Positions 55,983 through 64,000 of a stretch of DNA of 64,000 nucleotides are shown here, one piece after another. Source of the DNA: Rubrivivax sp. (lineage in GTDB: Bacteria > Pseudomonadota > Gammaproteobacteria > Burkholderiales > Burkholderiaceae_C); NCBI GenBank assembly GCA_027491255.1, contig JAIXWM010000120.1:2884-66883 (forward strand). Reading direction: 5' to 3'. Position 1 is the first letter of the stretch, and each line of letters starts with the position of its first letter. The notes under the pieces were generated by a model. It did no database searches, was not told the origin of the DNA, and worked only from the letters and a program-made list of their open reading frames with translations. The position numbers were made by a program, and so were the translations under genes.

Positions 55983-58900
55983 ATGACTGACACCCCCCGC
56001 CCGGCTCCTTCCGAAGGACAGGCGATCAGCCCCGAGGCAGCTGCAGCGCAGGCTGCGGCTGCCGCACGTGCTGCTGCGGCTGCGGCAGCACGCGCGGCAT
56101 CCGTGCCGCGCTACAACCGCGTCGTCATCAACGTACCGCGCACCGAGGTCGTCGGCGTCGCGATCGTCGACACCGATTTCGTCTTCACACTGAAATCCGG
56201 TGTCCGCTTGCTGGTGCGCGACGGCGCGATGCGCTCCGCGGCCGAGCCCGATTTCGCCATCATCTTCGCCGGTGAGGCGGTCGAGGGGCAATCGCTGATC
56301 GCGGTGGCCGACGCGAACTCCGGCATTTCCGTCACGCAGGATCCCTGGGGCGAGGCGCTGGCGCGTCCGGGCGAGGCGACACCGGGTCTGGTGCCGGAGA
56401 CGACGTCCACGGCCATGGCTGCGCCAGCCAGCACCGTGCCGCCGGCGCCCCCTGCGCAGCCCGACATGCTGGAGGGTGTCCGTCGTTTCTTCCAGCAGCC
56501 GCTCGTGTCCCTCGGGTCTGCGGCGCTGGGCGTGGCCGGCTTGTCCGGTCTCGGCGCGGCGACGGCAGCAGTCGCGGGAGGCTCCGCGACCACGCTCGCC
56601 ACCATCGTCGAGGTCGTGGCCGTCGGCGGCCCCTTCATCGCCGACGTGCTGGTCACCCTTTATGACGCGGACGGTCGCGTCGTTGCCGTGTCGGTCAGCA
56701 ACGATCCGGGTTCGCACACCTTCAATCTCCCGGCAGACCTGCCCTCGGGGGATTACCTCCTTGTAGTTGGCGACCTCAACAGCAGCCAGCCTGACTACAT
56801 GGACGAGCGTCTCGGCACGCCGGTGGACCTGCCCGACGGCGGCTTGCGGGCCATCTTCAGCCTCAGTTCCAGCGCGACGAACCGTGTCAGCGTCACGCCC
56901 CTGACGGAGATGGCGGTGCGCCGCGCCTTCCTGCAGGCGGGCATGCCCATCGACAGCGTCGACGCGCCGGCTGCCAGCATCGTGGCAGCCGCGAACCAGC
57001 AGATTGGCGCCCTGTTCGGCGTGACCAACATCCTGGGCGACGTCGTCCCGGTGATCGGGATCGACGGCCGCGTGAACCCGACCTTTTCGGAAGACGAGGT
57101 CACCGCGGCCGAGCATTACGGTCGCGTGCTTGCCGCTCTGTCCGGGCTCGATGCGGTCACCGCCAGCACCCTGAACACATTGCAGGCCTTCACCCAGGAA
57201 GTGCTGCGCTCGGCAGATCTGTCGTCGTCAGCGACGCAGACGCTGGTGCGCGAGATGCTCAGCCAAGGCGCCAACAGCTTTGAGAACTCGCCCACCGGCA
57301 CCCAGACCTTCGCAGACCTGACCGGCTTCATACGCGAGACCCTGCGCGAGCTGGTTGCGCCGCCGCCGGTCAACCGCATGGCGGCCGAACGCGCCACGGG
57401 TGCATCCCTGCTCAGCGGCGGCTTGTCGAACTCCGACGCCGATGCCGCCAAACCGCTGGCCGATGGCTTCGTCAACGAGGCGGACCTGGCCGCAGCCGGC
57501 ACTGCCGCGGGGGCCATCCGCCTGCCCGTGGCGATCCCTGGTTCCTCGCTGGTCGGTGACCGCCTGACGCTCACCATCCCGGCGGCCGACGGCGGAACCC
57601 CCCTGGTCGCGAGCCGGCTCCTTGCCAGCGAGGATCTCTACCGCGGTTACGCGCTGATCGACCTGGGCGCCGACGACCTGCGCGCCATGCGCGACGGCGT
57701 GAAGTCCCCGGTCGTGCGCGTGGAGGCGCCGGCAGGGTCGGGCGTCCAGCCTGTGGAGTACCCCGCGCTGACGCTGTGGGGCGGCAAGCTCACGCTCGAC
57801 ACCCAGGCGCCCGCGGTCACGCAGCTGTCCATCAGCGCCACCAGCGGCGGCACGCTCGACTCCGCAGAACCGGGCGTCGTCTACCTGAACGCCGGCGACG
57901 TCGTGCGTGTGGCGGTGCGGTTCGATTCCGATGTCGTCGTCAGCGGGCGTCCGAAGCTGATGCTCGAGATCGGCGACGGCGACACGCCCGTCCAGGCCGA
58001 CTACCTCTCCGGCAGCGGCGGCAACGTGCTGACTTTCAGCTACGTCGTCGCCGCTGGGCAGAACGACGCCACCGGCATACGCATCCCCGCCAACGCGCTG
58101 ACGCTGCCCACGACGTCAGACCGCATCACCGACGCGGCCGGCAACCCGGCGGTGCTCACGAGCGCGCTTGTCTCGGGCGCTGAAGCACCGCGCGTGGACA
58201 CCGTCGCACCAGCGGTCTCGCTGACCAGCGCCGAGCTCTCCGGCAACTCGGACGCCGTGGTGTCCGTCAGCGAACCGGGCACGGTGTATCTCGTGCGGGA
58301 CACGGTCGCTGTCGGTGTCGATCCGCAAGCGATACGGCTGTCGCCCGGCAACCTCTGGAACGAGGCCCAGGCGATTGCGACCACGGGCGGCCCGATCGAG
58401 GTCCGGGTCAGCACCCAGGGTCTGCTGCCGGGCACCTACAAGGCCTACGCGGTCGACCGTGCAGGCAACCTGTCTCCGGTGTCCTCGGGCTCGGTGGTCA
58501 TCGACACATCCGAGCCTTTCATCCTTCCCGACGGGGGCGTCCGGTTCACGGCGTCCACAGGCGCGCGCGACGGCCTGTTGAATGCGGGCGACACCGTCAC
58601 CGTTACATTCAATTTCAGCGAGCCGGTTTCGGTGACCGGTCAGCCCAGCGTCGCGCTGAGAGTGGGCAACGTGACCGTCGAGGCCCGTCACGTCCCGTCG
58701 GGCAGCGGGCCGTCGGCCCTGCAGAATTTCGTCTACACCGTCGAGCCGGGCCGCACCGATCTTGACGGCATCTCCATCGGCGCCAACAGCCTCATCCTCA
58801 ACGGCGCCACGATCCGCGACGTCTCGGGCAACGACGCCAGCCTGGAGCACGCTCAGGTCTCGGCCGATCCGGCCTACCGCGTCGACACGACGGCACCGTC

Positions 58901-61900
58901 GGTCGCGGTCGGCGGCGTGCAGCTCAGTGCCTCGCCCGACCAGTTGTCCCTGCCGCCTTCCAGCCGGCTGGAACCGGGCGCCAAGGTCTACGCCCGGGTC
59001 GTCTTCGACGAGGCGGTCACCGTCACCGGCAGCCCGCAGCTGGCCCTGAAGGTGGGCGACACCATCGTCCAGGCCAGCTACGAGGGGGGCTCGGGCTCGA
59101 CGACGCTGAACTTCTCCTACACGGTCCAGTCGGGGCAGAAGGACGCCGACGGCATCAGCGTGCCTGCCAACGCCCTCACGCTGGGGTCGGACGCCACCAT
59201 CGTCGACGCCGCCGGCAACGCCGCGCGGCTGGGCCTGGCTGCGGTTGGCGACAACCCGGGCTTCCTGGTCGGTGAGCGTGCCCGGATCGCGCTCGAGAAG
59301 ATCCGCGACTACGACGGCGTGACCGCGGCGCCGTCGGTGCAGGACTACGCCGACGCCGGTGTCACCGGGGTCGACGCGGCCAACCTCGGGTCCGTCAACA
59401 GCGCATTCGCCAAGATAGGCCCGGACGCCTCGGACACCGTGGCCGAGGTGCAGGCTGTTGTCGACATCTACCGGCGCCTGCTGGCTGCGGCCGATGGCGG
59501 CGCCGCGCCCGAGCCCGAGCCGCTGCCTACGCGCGCCGAGTACGCCCAGCTGGGTGTGGCGGGCGTCGACAACGTGGCTCAGGAGCGGCTGCTCGGGGCC
59601 GTGATCGACGGCAAGCCAGGCATCGCCGTCGACACCCTGGCGGAACTGCAGGCGCTGGCTGACGCGGTCAAGGCCGTGACCACGGGCGCTGCGGGTGGAA
59701 CGTCGCCGACGAAGGAACAGCTCGAACTGCTGGGCATCACCCGCGTCACTGCCGACAACGAGCCCGCGGTCAGCGACGCGATCGCGCGCACGGCCGATGA
59801 CGGCTCTGGCGTCGACACCCCCGCCGGGCTGCAGCAGGTGGTTGACGCCGCCATCGCCGCCGCCGACGCCGCATTGGCCCTGATCAAGGCCTACGACGGC
59901 AGCAACACCGCACCCGTCATTGGCACCTATGTCGATGCTGGCGTCAAGGGGGTGACGACCGAGAACCTGGGCGCGGTGAACAGCGCCGTTGCCTTCCTGC
60001 CGCCCGAGAAGACGGACTCGAGGCTGGAGGTGCAGGCGGTGGTCGACGCCTATGTCTCCATTCTGGCCGCTGCAGACGGACTGCCTGGCAATGCAGCCGA
60101 TCCCACCGGCGCTCAGTACGAGGCCGTCGGCGTGTCAGGCGTGGACACGCCCGCGGAGCTGAGTCTGCTGGGCGACGTCATCGACGGCAAGCTCAGCGGT
60201 GCGGTCGACACTCGCGAAGAACTCAACGCGTTGGCGGGGCATGTCGATGCCGTGATCCGGGGGGCGGCCGGTGCGGCGCAGCCCTCCGCGTCGCAGTTGC
60301 TGGCTCTGGGTGTCACCGGCGTCACGGAGGAGAACCTCGCCGCCGTCCAGCGCGCGATCGCCCGCACGGCAGACGACGGCACCGGAGTCGATACGCTTCC
60401 TAAGTTACAGGCGGTGGTCGACGAGGGCCTGCGCAGGCTGTCCGATGCCCTGAAGGTCCTGCGCGAGTACAACGGCAGCAACACCGTTCCTACGCTCGAC
60501 ACCTATTTCGACGCCAGCGTCATCGGCGTTGACGGGTCCAATCTGGGCGCAGTCAACAGCGCGGTCGCTCTCCTGCCCCCTGAGAAAACCGACACCATCA
60601 CCGAGGTCCAGGCCGTCGTCAACGCCTACCAGGCCATCCTCGACGCCGCGAACGGCATCGATGACAACGGCTCGAAGCCGAGTATCCGTCAGTACGAGCT
60701 CGTAGGCGTCACCGGTGTCGACCAGCAACTCGAGCAGCGGCTGCTCGGCGATGTGATCGACGTCAAGCGCACCGCCGATGTCGACACGGTGTCCAAGGTG
60801 CAGGCGTTGGCCGATGCGGTGTCACGCGTGCTCGGCCCGGCCGCCGGGGACCCGCCTGCGGGGCCGCTGCAGAAGGCCGACCTGGCCTCGCTCGGTGTGG
60901 ATGTCGCCCGTTTGCGCGACATCTACATGCCCAAGGTCCGTGCCGTCATCGAGCGACAGGCCGAGAGCAATCCTGACGACCTGGGCACGCTCGATGGCTT
61001 GAGAGCCTATGTCAGCGCGGGCGTGGGCGAGGCCGCGCTCGACATCATCCAATCCTTCGACGGGAGCACGTCCGCGGTCATGCCTGACCTGCAGGTCTAT
61101 GCCGACGCGGGCGTGCGCGGTGTGGACGCCGCCAACGTCGCGGCCGTCAACAGCGCCGTGGAACTGCTGGGCACGGGCAACAAGTCGAGCGCGGTGCAGG
61201 TGCAAGGCATCGTCGACACCTACGCCCGCATCCTCGCCGCTGCCGATGGCAGCAGGGATGACGACGTCCGCGTGAGTGCGGCCGACTACCGCGACAAGCT
61301 GGGTGTGGGCGGCCTGGCCGCGCTGGCCGACGCCAGCCCCGGGGCTGTGACCGCCGGCGAGACCTTGATGGCCGATGCGGTGGACATCGCTTCCCGCTCC
61401 CAGGTCGACAACGTCACTGAATTGAGGGAGCTGGCAGACATCGTCGCCCGGGTCGTCAGGCAGGCCACCCCGGGCCAGCCCCTGCAGCAGATCGGGGAGC
61501 TGGACTTCGAGCGTCTGGGGCTGGATCCGGTCGTGCTTACGCCGGCCCGCGCGGCGGCGCTGCTGGCCGACATCAGAGGCCGCGGTGCCGACCAGGTGGA
61601 CACCCTGTCCGAGCTTTCCGCCCTGATCGATGTCGTCGCCCCGACGGTGGGCTTGCGGCTGTCCTCGGCCGGACCGGTGATCAATGCCGCCGAATCGACT
61701 CAGCAGACCGACGGCGTGGTTCAGATCCACGCCGAGCCAGACAGCACCTGGACCGTCACGCTCACCGGCGCAGCCGGAGGCGTGGTCGTGCGACAAGGCT
61801 CGGGCACCGGTGAATGGCAGCCGTTCACGCTGTCATCCACCGATGTCCTCACGCTCGGCCAGGGCGCGGTCGGCGTTTCGGGCACGGTGACCGACCGCGC

Positions 61901-64000
61901 CGGCAACCAGAGCGCGCGCACCGAAGCGGCCTTCTTCGTCGTCGACACCGTGGCGGCGCTCTTCATCGACGATCCGCTCGTGGGCGACAACCGGGTCACC
62001 TCGCTCGAGGACAACGACCTCGTCATCTCCGGCACCGCGCTCGGTATCGAGCCGGGCCGTGCCGTCAAGGTCACCCTGACCGACAAGAACAACGCAGCGC
62101 AGAAGACCGAACTCACCGCGACCGTCGACGCCGGCGGGCGTTGGGCCACGGCTGCGGCCGACGTCAGCCACTGGGTCAGCTTCGGCCGCACCGGGATACA
62201 GGTTCAGGTCGAGGCCAGCGATGCGGCGGGCAACCCTGCGCAGGCGGCACGCGAACTCGAACTCGACAACAGCGCGCCGCAGGTCATCAGCCGCTGGGGA
62301 GAGATCGACGGAGGGGTCGTGCCCACGGTACGGCACTACGAGGACTTCGGCGTCGTCGGCGTCATCGGGGGCGTAGGCGGCAACCTGGACGCGGTCAACA
62401 GTGCCGTGGCCTTCCAGCCCGCGAGTGCGACCGACACCACGGCGAAGGTCCAGGCCATCGTCGACGCCTACACGCGGGTGCTGGCAGCGGCAAACGGCGT
62501 GGCCGGCGACACCGGCACTCCGCAGCGGCCGACGGCCGGAGACTTCGCCACCCTGGGGGTGGCCCGGGTCGACAGCGAGGCCAAGGCCGCTTTGTTGGCC
62601 GACGTGGTTGACGCCAAGCCGAGGGTGGCCATCGACACCGTGGCCGAGTTGCAGGGCCTGGCCGACATCGTCGACAAGCTCGTGCGTCACGCCACCCCTG
62701 GCGAGCCCGCGCAGGACATCACCGAAGCCGAGCTCGAGCGCCTGGGAATCGACCCCGTCGTGCTCACGTCCGGCCGCGCGGCGGCGCTGCTGGCTGACAT
62801 CCGCGACGTTGGCGCGGCGCAGGTCGATACCTTGGCCAAGTTGTCGGCGCTGGTCGATACCGTCGCCCCGGAAGCGGTCCTGCAGTTGTCCACGGCCGGC
62901 TCCGTGATCAACGCCACCGAGGCCGTGGCTTCCGCCGGCGTGGCCGTCGTCAGCCCCGAGGCGGGTTCGGCCTGGACGGTGACGATGACCGGGGCATCCG
63001 GCAGCGTGGTCTCGCGCCAGGGAGCAGGCACGGGCGCCCCACAGGCGCTGACGCTCAGCGCCGCCGATGTCGCCACGCTTGGCCAGGGGCCCGTGGCCTT
63101 CGTGCTCACGGTCACCGACCGCGCCGGCAACGTCACGACGCGTCCCGAGCCGGGCTTCGTCTTTCTTGACACCCAAGCCGGTCTCACCATCGACGACCCG
63201 CTCGAAGGCGACAACCGCGTCACCTCATTCGAGGACGATGACGTCGTTGTCTCCGGTCGCACGACAGGCGTCGAGCCGGGCCGCACGGTCAGGGTCACGC
63301 TCACCGACAGCTCGAATCCGTCGCGGCAGCTCGTGGCCGAGGCGACGATCGCTGCAGATGGCAGCTGGGCCGCCGCGCCACAGGACCTGAGCGCCTGGGT
63401 CGTCTTCGGGCGCACAGGCGTCCTCGTCCAGGCCGAGGTCGTCGACGCCGCTGGCAATGTCGCGCGCTCGCAGCGAGAACTGGAGCTTGACAACAGTGCG
63501 CCGCAGGTCATCAGCCGCTGGGGGGATGCCGGCAGCGTGGTCGAACCCACCCTGCAGCACTACCTGGATTTCGGTGTCACCGGCGTCACCGACGGGCCTG
63601 CGGGCAATCTGGCAGCGGTCAACAGCGCCGTCGCCCTTCAACCTGAGCAGGCCACCGATACCCCGGCCAAGGTCCAGGCCATCGTCGACGCCTACAACAA
63701 GGTGCTGGCCTCGGCCGACGGCGCGGCAGGCAACACCCCGGCAAGCGGGCGCCCGACAGCGCAGGACTACGCGGTGCTGGGCATCGTCGGGGTGGATACC
63801 CTTGCAAATCTGGCGCTGCTCAATGAGGTGATCGACGGGCGTCCGCGCGACGCCGTGGACACCGTGCAGGAGTTGCAGGCGCTGGCAACCGTCGTCGGCA
63901 AGCTGCAGCGCCACGCGACCCCGGGCGAGCCCGCCCAGCAGGTGAGCGAGGCGGAGTTCGAGAGCCTGGGCATCGATCCAGCGCTGCTGACGGCCGATCG
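55983..64000 (+). CDS. Giant repetitive T1SS-secreted adhesin (BapA/SiiE-like), 3' truncated
   Basis: GAGGAGG RBS then ATG 55983; same frame confirmed at many checkpoints (56751, 58011, 59271, 60411, 61611, 62871, 63960); at least 2672 codons; Ig-like (AVDRAGN, VTDRAGN) and GVTGV repeats. Confidence 0.9.
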   Translation, partial: MTDTPRPAPSEGQAISPEAAAAQAAAAARAAAAAAARAASVPRYNRVVINVPRTEVVGVAIVDTDFVFTLKSGVRLLVRDGAMRSAAEPDFAIIFAGEAVEGQSLIAVADANSGISVTQDPWGEALARPGEATPGLVPETTSTAMAAPASTVPPAPPAQPDMLEGVRRFFQQPLVSLGSAALGVAGLSGLGAATAAVAGGSATTLATIVEVVAVGGPFIADVLVTLYDADGRVVAVSVSNDPGSHTFNLPADLPSGDYLLVVGDLNSSQPDYMDERLGTPVDLPDGGLRAIFSLSSSATNRVSVTPLTEMAVRRAFLQAGMPIDSVDAPAASIVAAANQQIGALFGVTNILGDVVPVIGIDGRVNPTFSEDEVTAAEHYGRVLAALSGLDAVTASTLNTLQAFTQEVLRSADLSSSATQTLVREMLSQGANSFENSPTGTQTFADLTGFIRETLRELVAPPPVNRMAAERATGASLLSGGLSNSDADAAKPLADGFVNEADLAAAGTAAGAIRLPVAIPGSSLVGDRLTLTIPAADGGTPLVASRLLASEDLYRGYALIDLGADDLRAMRDGVKSPVVRVEAPAGSGVQPVEYPALTLWGGKLTLDTQAPAVTQLSISATSGGTLDSAEPGVVYLNAGDVVRVAVRFDSDVVVSGRPKLMLEIGDGDTPVQADYLSGSGGNVLTFSYVVAAGQNDATGIRIPANALTLPTTSDRITDAAGNPAVLTSALVSGAEAPRVDTVAPAVSLTSAELSGNSDAVVSVSEPGTVYLVRDTVAVGVDPQAIRLSPGNLWNEAQAIATTGGPIEVRVSTQGLLPGTYKAYAVDRAGNLSPVSSGSVVIDTSEPFILPDGGVRFTASTGARDGLLNAGDTVTVTFNFSEPVSVTGQPSVALRVGNVTVEARHVPSGSGPSALQNFVYTVEPGRTDLDGISIGANSLILNGATIRDVSGNDASLEHAQVSADPAYRVDTTAPSVAVGGVQLSASPDQLSLPPSSRLEPGAKVYARVVFDEAVTVTGSPQLALKVGDTIVQASYEGGSGSTTLNFSYTVQSGQKDADGISVPANALTLGSDATIVDAAGNAARLGLAAVGDNPGFLVGERARIALEKIRDYDGVTAAPSVQDYADAGVTGVDAANLGSVNSAFAKIGPDASDTVAEVQAVVDIYRRLLAAADGGAAPEPEPLPTRAEYAQLGVAGVDNVAQERLLGAVIDGKPGIAVDTLAELQALADAVKAVTTGAAGGTSPTKEQLELLGITRVTADNEPAVSDAIARTADDGSGVDTPAGLQQVVDAAIAAADAALALIKAYDGSNTAPVIGTYVDAGVKGVTTENLGAVNSAVAFLPPEKTDSRLEVQAVVDAYVSILAAADGLPGNAADPTGAQYEAVGVSGVDTPAELSLLGDVIDGKLSGAVDTREELNALAGHVDAVIRGAAGAAQPSASQLLALGVTGVTEENLAAVQRAIARTADDGTGVDTLPKLQAVVDEGLRRLSDALKVLREYNGSNTVPTLDTYFDASVIGVDGSNLGAVNSAVALLPPEKTDTITEVQAVVNAYQAILDAANGIDDNGSKPSIRQYELVGVTGVDQQLEQRLLGDVIDVKRTADVDTVSKVQALADAVSRVLGPAAGDPPAGPLQKADLASLGVDVARLRDIYMPKVRAVIERQAESNPDDLGTLDGLRAYVSAGVGEAALDIIQSFDGSTSAVMPDLQVYADAGVRGVDAANVAAVNSAVELLGTGNKSSAVQVQGIVDTYARILAAADGSRDDDVRVSAADYRDKLGVGGLAALADASPGAVTAGETLMADAVDIASRSQVDNVTELRELADIVARVVRQATPGQPLQQIGELDFERLGLDPVVLTPARAAALLADIRGRGADQVDTLSELSALIDVVAPTVGLRLSSAGPVINAAESTQQTDGVVQIHAEPDSTWTVTLTGAAGGVVVRQGSGTGEWQPFTLSSTDVLTLGQGAVGVSGTVTDRAGNQSARTEAAFFVVDTVAALFIDDPLVGDNRVTSLEDNDLVISGTALGIEPGRAVKVTLTDKNNAAQKTELTATVDAGGRWATAAADVSHWVSFGRTGIQVQVEASDAAGNPAQAARELELDNSAPQVISRWGEIDGGVVPTVRHYEDFGVVGVIGGVGGNLDAVNSAVAFQPASATDTTAKVQAIVDAYTRVLAAANGVAGDTGTPQRPTAGDFATLGVARVDSEAKAALLADVVDAKPRVAIDTVAELQGLADIVDKLVRHATPGEPAQDITEAELERLGIDPVVLTSGRAAALLADIRDVGAAQVDTLAKLSALVDTVAPEAVLQLSTAGSVINATEAVASAGVAVVSPEAGSAWTVTMTGASGSVVSRQGAGTGAPQALTLSAADVATLGQGPVAFVLTVTDRAGNVTTRPEPGFVFLDTQAGLTIDDPLEGDNRVTSFEDDDVVVSGRTTGVEPGRTVRVTLTDSSNPSRQLVAEATIAADGSWAAAPQDLSAWVVFGRTGVLVQAEVVDAAGNVARSQRELELDNSAPQVISRWGDAGSVVEPTLQHYLDFGVTGVTDGPAGNLAAVNSAVALQPEQATDTPAKVQAIVDAYNKVLASADGAAGNTPASGRPTAQDYAVLGIVGVDTLANLALLNEVIDGRPRDAVDTVQELQALATVVGKLQRHATPGEPAQQVSEAEFESLGIDPALLTAD
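57880..59260 (+). repeat. Three Ig-like modules with Y-x-(S/G)GSG...F-x-Y-x-V-x2-G-x2-D-x2-GI motif
   Basis: YVVAAGQNDATGI (~58040), YTVEPGRTDLDGI (~58735), YTVQSGQKDADGI (~59120). Confidence 0.7.
59280..61620 (+). repeat. About four tandem ~190-200 aa helical repeats, each with paired GV-x-GV motifs
   Basis: Units begin near 59280, 59875, 60450, 61040; recurrent Y-x-DAGV-x-GV-x3-NLG-x-VNSA and EVQAVVD-x-Y. Confidence 0.75.
61629..64000 (+). repeat. ~408-aa tandem repeat (two Ig-like domains plus a helical GVTGV block), about two copies visible
   Basis: SAPQVISRWG encoded at 62271 and 63495 (1224 nt apart); D-x-VAP at 61629 and 62856 (1227 nt apart). Confidence 0.8.

Noticed and set aside
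59280-64000. CRISPR array or mobile-element repeats
   Set aside because: Repeats are in-frame, diverged at synonymous positions and hundreds of nt long; they are protein domain repeats.
47565-64000. LapA/LapD/LapG assignment for the adhesin system
   Set aside because: No lapD or lapG in the window and no clear TAAG cleavage motif near the adhesin N-terminus; cannot be excluded elsewhere in the genome.

Overview
High-GC (about 70% by eye) bacterial DNA; argG type, the gmk-rpoZ-spoT-greB block and Bug/TRAP transporters suggest a Burkholderiales betaproteobacterium. From left to right: the 3' part of argG followed by an MNT-HEPN toxin-antitoxin pair; an accessory block (about 2.4-28.4 kb) of transporters (Bug, TRAP, Opp-type ABC) and unusual enzymes (PhyH dioxygenase, class III aminotransferase, hydantoin/allantoin racemase-like protein, Old Yellow Enzyme, double alpha/beta-hydrolase, double PuuE-like protein, MmgE/PrpD, amidase coupled to a YrdC/TsaC paralog) that also contains a lone bciA; a periplasmic binding protein/diguanylate cyclase pair; asparaginase II, DUF3750/gpx/DUF2145; an acyl-CoA catabolic operon; and the core greB, spoT, rpoZ, gmk genes. 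The last 16.5 kb is the highlight: a type I secretion system (TolC, ABC, HlyD), then two MotB/SiiA-like genes and one MotA/SiiB-like gene, then a giant repetitive adhesin ORF (55983 to beyond 64000, at least 2672 codons, missing from the supplied ORF track because it has no stop in the window). This resembles Salmonella SPI-4 (SiiAB + T1SS + SiiE) but has two B-type subunits: one lacks the channel Asp, and the other has an N-terminal FliM-like peptide. All family assignments come from motif recognition by eye; no database searches were run. No tRNA, rRNA, CRISPR array or transposase was recognised.
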